NCBI RefSeq assembly: GCF_011386835.1
Contig: NC_088810.1
Location: 9,176,001 to 9,240,000, forward strand
DNA: 64,000 nt
Direction: 5' to 3'
DNA from: Chrysemys picta bellii
Lineage: Eukaryota
The position numbers and the translations under genes were made by a program. Under the pieces are notes generated by a model that made no database searches, was not told the origin of the DNA, and saw only the letters and a list, made by a program, of their open reading frames with translations. Shown piece after piece: positions 56,608-64,000 of the stretch. The first letter of the stretch is position 1; each line of letters starts with the position of its first letter.

Positions 56608-59059
56608 CCTGTAGGATTCTTCAGGTAAAAGCCTCCCAGAGAGAACATGAAACCCAGTGACAGAACCCACCCGCCGGCTAACAAGCTCCCTGGATCACCC
56701 CCCCTGTTCACCCCCCCACAGCGGCTGCTTTGGGGCTTCGAGTTCGTCCCAGCTGCAGCTCAGAACCAGCTCCAGCCTGATGGGACCTTCGCGGGCTCCA
56801 TCCTTCCCCCTCCCCAGGAGCAGGGCCCTCCCTGGGGCAGTGGCCCTGGCGGCTTCTCAGGTCAGCAGGAGGTCCCGAGCCAGGCTAAACCCAGGGCTTT
56901 TAGCCAAAAGCAGTTTCTTTGTCTTGGTCTCTGGAGATCCCAGTTGGACCCGGCACTGCCATCTCTGCTGGCTTCGAAGGGTAGATACCATAGGAGGGAC
57001 ATTGCCCCCCCCCCCGCTCTGCTGGAGGAGGTGCACACGCTGCCCCAACAACCCTGCACAATTGCCATTTTTAACACAATGGACCCCAAAGCAATTCCCT
57101 GAGGCAGAGCTCAATGCAGCAAAGCCTCTCGCACTTCCATAAGGTTTGTTCAAGATCCTGTCAGCCTGGGCGGGGACCCCAGCCCAGGCCCTGCGGCTCT
57201 GGTTGCCCTGTGGCCGCCCACTCAGCTCTGGCAAAGGCTGACGAATGGCTCACGTGGGGCCGGGAAACGGCTACCTGAAATAGTCCACTCCCCTTTCGTA
57301 ACAAAAAATGTTTCTAGCCCCGTGTTACAGAGAAAAGCCAGAGCCCTGGCCCTGAGTGTGACCCTGACGGCTCTGAAACCAGAAAGTAAAGTTTTAAAAA
57401 AAAATCTCCGGATTCTTAAGCCAATCTTATGATTTTTTGAGCTGGACTCATGATTTCTGAGCTGCGTTGGCAGCGCTGAGCTACGTCAGCCTGTGATCTA
57501 CAGGAGATCAGATTAGATAATCTAATATTCCCCTGAAACCATAAACTCTATGAAGGGGCAGAGTTAAGGGCCCACACACAAAGGGGAGGGGTTAAGGGTA
57601 CTTACAGAAGGGGTGGGGTTAATAACATACACAAGAGGGGTGGAGTTAAGGATGTACACAAAAGGACAGGGTTAAGGGTGCTCTAGCTCAACCCCCAGAT
57701 CTGGGCTGAGGGAGGGTCCCTGGCCTGGGCTATGCAGTGGTGGACTCGTCCTGAGCTGAAGTCACAAACAGATGTTGGGAAGGGGGGTGCCAGCCTTTAA
57801 ACAGGGCAGTGGGGTCAGGGGCACAGCTGGTCAGGGGATCCCAGGAGAGGTCACCAGCCAGGCAGGTCCAGCTGCAGAGCAATCCAGTGTGGGAGATCGG
57901 AGGTGAGGGACAGGACGACCCGGAGCGGAGATGCAGCAAGTGCAGATCAGGGTCTCACTGCAGCTGGGCCCAGCCTAAAGCTCCTTGGGAAATGCGGGGA
58001 CGCTGTTGCCTTTGACAACAGGTTTCAAGACCCACGTCAATAACGACCCATAAAACATTTAATTCCAGACGTTGCTTTTCTCCCATTTGCAAAGTGTCCT
58101 GGCTGGGAGGGTGATGTTCTCCCCCCCACTGCCTACATCCTTGCACTGACCTGCGGGTTCGTTTTGTCGGGGATACGCCGATGAAACAGGGCTCCCGCAG
58201 TGGCATTCGGGGCCTTGGTGTAGGGTGCCTGGGGAAATCTGGCTGCTTGCCTACATGGGGGCTGAACTCTGGGAGATCCAGCATACCACGTGCCTCAGTT
58301 TCCTCACCTGCAGGGCGGGGATAATAATCCTGTCTGATGCTTTCAGACTGTAACACTGCATGTTGGACACGGGGCCGGCTGGGTTAATTGTATGTGACTG
58401 TGTTGCTGGCTAAAGGGCAGCCGTCTTTTTGTGGTGTCTGTCCAGTGCCCGGCCCCACGGGACCTGGTCTGTGGCTGGAGCCCTTAGGTTATAGACAAGA
58501 CCAATGCTAAGGAAGGAGTTCAGTCAGTCTGAGCTAAATTCGGCTGCTGGAACCCAGCCCTGGGCCGTACAGCGGTTCCGGTGCCGGCACTCGCACAAGG
58601 GGGCGTTAATTCCTTTGGACGGTGCCGCCACACCTGTGGGCTGGGGGATTGCTGGGGGTGGGGAAGGAAAGTCCCCAGCTGGGGATCCCGGCGGCTTTCA
58701 AACAAGGGCCTTGGGAGCAGTTGGAAAGTGGCGTCTCTGAGAATGGAGCGACGCTGGATGGGGGAACTGGACTGAGGGGTAGAAGGCTGCAGGGAGCAGA
58801 CCGCTTTGCCTATCCAAACTAGGGTTGCCAGGTGCCCAGTTTTCAACTGGAAAGTCTGGTAGAAAAGGAGACCGGGCCATGTCCAGTCAGATATACTGAC
58901 TGGACACCAAAAGTTCGGTTATCACGGGGCACGGGGAGGTGCCGGGTCATTGACCTCCACCAGCCCCTGCTCAGCCAGGGGGCTGCCTCGAGAGTGACCA
59001 GATAGCAAGTGTGAAATATTGGGATGAGGGTGGGGGGTAAAGGTGCCTATATAGAACAA

Positions 59060-59765
59060 AGCACCCCCTAGAACTGCATGCAGCTTATGATAGAAGCGGC
59101 ATGTCTGGGGGTCTGACCTGGAGCGGCCGTTTGCCTCTTTGGTAGGCTTGACTCCGCGCCTTAAGTTTCACACGACACTGCTGCGGGTCCTTGTTATAGC
59201 CTCTGTGCTTCAGGCCCTTGGAGATTTTTTCAAATATTTTGGCATTCTGTCTTTTGGAGCGGAGTTCTGATAGCACGGATTTGTCTCCTCATGCAGCGAT
59301 CAGATCCAGTACCTCCCGTTCGGTCCATGCTGGAGCCCTTTTGCGATTCTGGGACTCCATGGTCACCTCTGCTGATGAGCTCTGCATGGTCACCTGTACT
59401 GATCAGCTTGCCACGCTGGCCAAACAGGAAATGAAATTCAAAAATTCGTGGGGCTTTTCCTGTCTACCCGGCCAGTGCATCTGAGTTGAGAGTGCTGTCC
59501 AGAGTGGTCACAAGGGAGCACTCTGGGACAGCTCCCAGAGGCCAATACCGTTGAATTACGTCCACACGACCCCAAATTCGACCCGGCGATGTCGATTTCA
59601 GCACTAATCCCCTTGTTGGAGAGAAGTAGAGAAACTGATTTTAAGAGCTCTCATAGTGTAGACCAGGCCCCAGTTGACAAAATGGCTTCGTCGTGTGGAC
59701 GGGTGCAGGGTTAAATCGCTCTTACGCTGATAAAATTCGATCTAAACTCGTAGTGTAGACCAGGG
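59060..59765 (-). mobile_element. PIF/Harbinger transposon fragment with decayed Myb/SANT-like (trihelix) ORF
   Basis: From ATG 59360: MESQNRKRAPAWTEREVLDLIAA*GDKSVLSELRSKRQNAKIFEKISKGLKHRGYNKDPQQCRVKLK; terminal ggtctacacta motif near 59750-59765. Confidence 0.85.
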
Positions 59766-60156
59766 CTGAGTTTAAGAAAACAATGGATCTCTAATCCCCA
59801 AATAAAACTTTTCATTTGAATAAGCAGTTTACTGTTGTAGACTTAGAACTATTAGCCTATAAATATTTACATTTAATAATTGGGCCCCACCCTGTGCAGT
59901 GCATACGCCTAACTTCATCCTTTTCTCCTGTTTTGTATTTATAAAACTTGAATATTTCCTTGTGTTCTGAACCGTACTCTGAGACAGATTTTCGTTTTCT
60001 TCCCCTTTTAGTGTGTCAGATCTTTAAACCGTTATCTGATAACAGCTTGAAATGTGTACAGTACATGGTGGGCATGAGATTCATCAGTACGTTCAGATGC
60101 TCATGAACGTCAGAGCTTGTGTGTGTGACTTTTTGTATTGTGTGTATCTTCTAGAG

Positions 60157-60515
60157 CAGTGGCTCTCAACCTTTCCAGACAACTGTACCCTTTTCAGGAG
60201 TCTGATTTGTCTTGCCTACCCCCAAGTTTCACCTCACTTAAGAACTACTTGCTTGCAAACTCAGACATAAAAATACAAAAGTGTCACCGCCTCTTATTAT
60301 TGAAAAATTGCTGACTCATTTTTACCATATAATTATAAAATAAAGCAATTGGAATATAAATATTGTACTTACAGTTTAGTATATAACATAAAGAGCCGTA
60401 TAAACAAGTCATTGTCTGCATGAAATTTTAGTTTGTACTGACTTCGCCAGTGCTTTTTATGTAGCATGTTGTAAAACTAGGCAAATATGCTGTACCCCCT
60501 GGTGGAGAACCGCTG
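60157..60515. mobile_element. hAT (Charlie-like) MITE
   Basis: TIRs CAGTGGCTCTC ... GAGAACCGCTG, TSD ttctagag/ttctagac (TCTAGA core). Confidence 0.8.
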
Positions 60516-60769
60516 TTCTAGACTAATACATACCCTTACTTCAACAGGCAGTTTTGCATATACACACAGACTAAGGTATAATCGTAATACATATCTCATG
60601 CCGCGGATTGTATTTTCCTAATAAAACAAGTTATTTTTTATATATTTGAATGATACAAAAGTAGGGTGAAAATCAGAAAAAAAAATGAATACTTTTTGTA
60701 AAACCTGGGAATTTTTCAATTAAAAAAAAATCGGTTTAAACTGAATACAAAGGGGCTTAACTATAGTTT

Positions 60770-62054
60770 CAACCAATTTGCCCGATACTGAAGTTAGGCT
60801 TACTAGCCTGCAATTGCCAGGATCACCTCTGGAGCCCTTTTTTTAAAAATAGGTGTCTTATTAGCTCTCCTCCAATCATCTGGTACAGAATCAGAGGGGT
60901 AGCAGTGTTAGTCTGAATCTGTAAAAAGCAACAGAGTACTTCTGTTAGTCTTAAAGGTGCCACAGGACCCTCTGTTGCCTGGTACAGAAGTTGATTTAAA
61001 TGATAGGTTACAAACCACACTTCGTAGTTCTGCAATTTCATATTTGAGTTCCTTCAGAACTTGGGGGAATACTTCCCCATCTGATCCTGGTTAAATTAAC
61101 TTTTTAATTTATCAATTTGTTCCCAAACCTCCTCTAATGACACCTCAATCTGGGACATTAGGTTTGGCTCAGGTGTGGGAATCTCCCTCACATCCTCTGC
61201 AGTGAAGTCCAACGCAAAGAGTTCATTTAGTTTCTCCAAAATGGCCTTGTCTTTGAGTGCTCCTTTAGCACCTCGATTGTCTGGTGTCCAACTGATGGTT
61301 TGACAGGCTTTCTGCTTCTGAGATAATTTAAAAAAGTTTTTGCTGTTAGTTTTTGAGTTATTCGTTAATTGCTCTTCAAATTATTTTTTGCCCTGCCTAA
61401 TTATGCTTTTACACTTGACTTGTCAGAGTTTATGCTCCTTTCTATTTTCCTCGGTAGGATTTAACTTCTAATTTTTAAAGGATGGCTTTTTTGCCTCTAA
61501 CTGTCTCTTTTACTTTGTTGTCTAGCCACGGTGGAACTTTTTTGATCCTCTTACTATGTTTTTTAATTTGGGGTATACATTTAATTTAAGCGTCTATTAT
61601 GATATTATTAAACGTTTCTATGCGGTTTGCAGCATTTCACTTTTGGCACTGTACCTTTCCGTTTAACTAAGTTCCTCATTTTTGTAGGTTTCCTTTCTGA
61701 AGTTAAATGCAACTGTGGTGGGCTTCTGTGATGTCTCCCCTGCGCCTCCATTTCCACCCCCATAGGGATGTTAAATTTTTATTATGGTTGTTATTACCAA
61801 GCAGTTCAGCTGTATTCACCTCTTGGACCAGATCCTGTGCTCCACTGAGGACTAAATCAAGAATTGCCTCCTCCTCTGTGTGTTCCAGGACTAGCTGCTC
61901 CAAGAAGCTTCATTTATGGTGTCAAGAAACTTCATCTCTGCATCCCGTCCTATTGAGTTTTTTATAGCCTCTCTAATCTCCCTGAGCATCTCACAGTCAT
62001 TAGCACCAATCTGGTCAGGTGGTCGGTAGCATATCCCTACTGCTATATTCTTAT
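60770..62054 (-). mobile_element. CR1 LINE ORF2 endonuclease-region fragment with nested Penelope remnant (60891-60978, 11-bp TSD ctggtacagaa)
   Basis: Minus-strand EQLVLEHTEEEAILDLVLSGAQDLVQEV matches the element at 43985-46941. Confidence 0.88.
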
Positions 62055-62630
62055 TAGAACTGTCAAGCAATTAAAAAAAAATGAATCACGATTAATCACG
62101 CAATTAAAAAAAGCCCTGTTAAACAACAATAGAATACTATTTATTTTAAATATTGTTGAATGTTTACATTTTCAAATATATTAATTTCAATTACAACACA
62201 GAATACAAAGTGTACAGTGGTCACTTTATATTTATTTTTGCACTGTACAAAAATAGTATTTTTCAATTCACCTCATACAAGTACTGTAGTGCAATCTCTT
62301 TATCATGAAAGTTGAACTTACAAATGTAGAATTATGTAAAAAAAAACAAAAAAAAAAACCACACCCTAAAACCCTGCATTCAAAGTTAAAACAGTGTAAA
62401 ACTTAGAGCCTACCAGTCCACTCAGTCCTACTTCTTGGTCAGCCAATCACTCAGACAAATAAGGTTGGTTACAATTTGCAGGAGATAATGCTGCCTGCTT
62501 CTTGTTAACAATGTCACCTGAAAGTGAGAACAGGTGTTCACATGGCACTGTTGTAGCTGGCGTTGCAAAATATTTACGTGCCAGATGCGCAAAAGATTCA
62601 TATGTCCCTTCCTGCTTCAACCACCAATTC
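62055..62630 (-). mobile_element. hAT transposon end with C-terminal dimerisation-domain remnant
   Basis: YESFAHLARKYFATPATTVPCEHLFSLSGDIVNKKQAALSPAN; terminus tagaactgtcaagcaattaa..gattaatcacg. Confidence 0.85.
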
Positions 62631-63173
62631 CAATCCCAGCTCAGAACAAGCCGGCCACAAGCAGCCAACTGGGGCCGAGTCCTTGGGGCTCAGCTGGGGC
62701 AGAGCTGGAGCCACCATGAGCAATATCTCGTGCCATCTCCTGGCGACTGACCCCCTGGAGGAGCTAGGACAAACCCGCTGGCCCGGATCTACCAACCAGC
62801 CATGCCCCTTTCCCTGGTGCCCTTAACCAAGACCTGGAAAGACTCACCTCATCCTCTAGCAGCATCACCGAGGGGTCTCTGAGCTTGTCCCCACCTCCAT
62901 CATGAGAACCTGGCTCCTTTCATGGCCTGGTACATTCCCAGCGAGTGCCCGCAGAGATGTTCGATTGAAACAGCTGGGAGGCTGCCATGTCCCATGACTT
63001 TATTGCTTAGACTCCAGGACCCTGACACACAAGAACCCAGTCCAGCGAGAGACAAAGCAGGCTGCTCCCAAGGGAGTGAGATACAACTCCCCCACCTTGC
63101 TTTAAGCTGACTCAAACGGGCTTCAGAGCCCCCTATTCTGCCAGCAGGGCAGGAACACCCCCCACCCCTTCCC

Positions 63174-63688
63174 TAGGGTTACCATATTTTGTGCCTCCCA
63201 AAGGAGGACACTCCACGGGGCCCCGGCCCCGCCCCAACTCCGCCCCCTCCCCAAAGTCTCCGCCCACTCCCCTGCTTCCCACGAATATTTGAGTCCCGGG
63301 AAGCCTGAAGCAGGTAAGGGGGAGTGTGGGGGGAGGAGGCGCGGCCCAGGCTGGCCCCCGGGCCCAGCACCCCCGGCCCCCAGCACCGCACCGCCGGTCC
63401 ACAGCCCGGCCCCCGGCACCGCCGTCCCGTCCCCCGAGCCCGCGGCCCGGCACCCCGAGTCCCCGGCCCGGCCCCGCCGGCCTGGCCCTAGGGCCCCCAG
63501 CCAGGCACCGCTCCGCCGTCCCGTCCCAGCCCCCAAGCCCCCGGCCCGGCCCCGAGCACCCGCACGGCCGGCCCGGCATGTCCCGATTTTCCCGGACATG
63601 TCCGGCTTTTTGGGCTTTCCCCCGGACGGGGATTTGGAGCCCCAAAAGCCGGACATGTCCGGGAAAATCCGGACGTATGGTAACCCTA
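63174..63688. mobile_element. hAT MITE (TAGGGTTACCATA family)
   Basis: TIRs TAGGGTTACCATA ... TATGGTAACCCTA, flanking ccttccc duplication; inverted relative to the 19983-20396 copy. Confidence 0.9.
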
Positions 63689-63885
63689 CCTTCCCAGACT
63701 GGGAATGTGCCAGGTGAGGCCCGCATTTGCCCCCCCATGTGCTTGTGCCACCTGGGACCTGGGCCTGCTGGCTCCTACTGTATCCACACTCCTACCTCTG
63801 GTGAAGAAGGGAACAGCAGCCTGGGAGCCCTGTCTCTTCAAGCACCATGGCACGTCCTGCCCACGGATGTCCTGACTGGTGGAGC

Positions 63886-64000
63886 TGTTGTACTTAAAGT
63901 ACTGCACAGGATCTTTTCAGGGGGAAAAAGGCAAAACGCCACATTTATTAGTAATACATGTATTTATTAACACTGTATTATATGCATATAATATATTACA
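63886..64000. mobile_element. LTR, same family and orientation as 42230-43069, truncated by window end
   Basis: 4 mismatches in the 115 nt that can be compared. Confidence 0.88.

Noticed and set aside
56647-57240. 151-161 aa ORFs after the LTR-like element
   Set aside because: No recognisable homology, no convincing splice structure.
59085-59360. Domesticated MSANTD/ZSCAN-type Myb gene
   Set aside because: In-frame stop and frameshift, and it lies within Harbinger terminal sequence.
42230-64000. One full-length provirus bounded by the two matching LTRs
   Set aside because: The first LTR has its own TSD on both sides, and no gag/pol/env lies between them.

Overview
GC-rich, repeat-dense vertebrate genomic DNA, almost certainly turtle (turtle-type CR1 LINEs, PolIII/tRNA SINE, Penelope/Neptune fragments, hAT MITEs). 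It carries human-19q13.1-type synteny. Left to right: (1) one internal exon of hepsin (HPN, minus), a 51-52 bp minisatellite and a 500-N scaffolding gap; (2) a complete 9-exon FLI1-like ETS factor (+, 3177-17721, 446 aa, PNT + ETS domains), probably the FLI1/ERG paralogue (fli1rs/fli1b type) that I do not know from human; (3) convergent RBM42 (minus, 11 coding exons, 487 aa); (4) two tandem B7/CD276-like IgV-IgC-TM genes (+), the first frameshifted and lacking both IgC cysteines, the second intact (266 aa) with a dead duplicate IgC exon; (5) CR1, LTR, Harbinger and hAT debris. Best leads: the FLI1 paralogue beside RBM42 with no ETV2 visible at its expected head-to-head position; a 15-copy exact 50-bp array built from that gene's last codons plus stop codon; a Penelope hammerhead ribozyme whose inversion junction coincides with the predicted cleavage site; a dense ETS-IRF motif cluster in an RBM42 intron; and the mosaic B7-like pair. 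All gene models were built by hand from splice sites and remembered homologue sequences. No database search was run.
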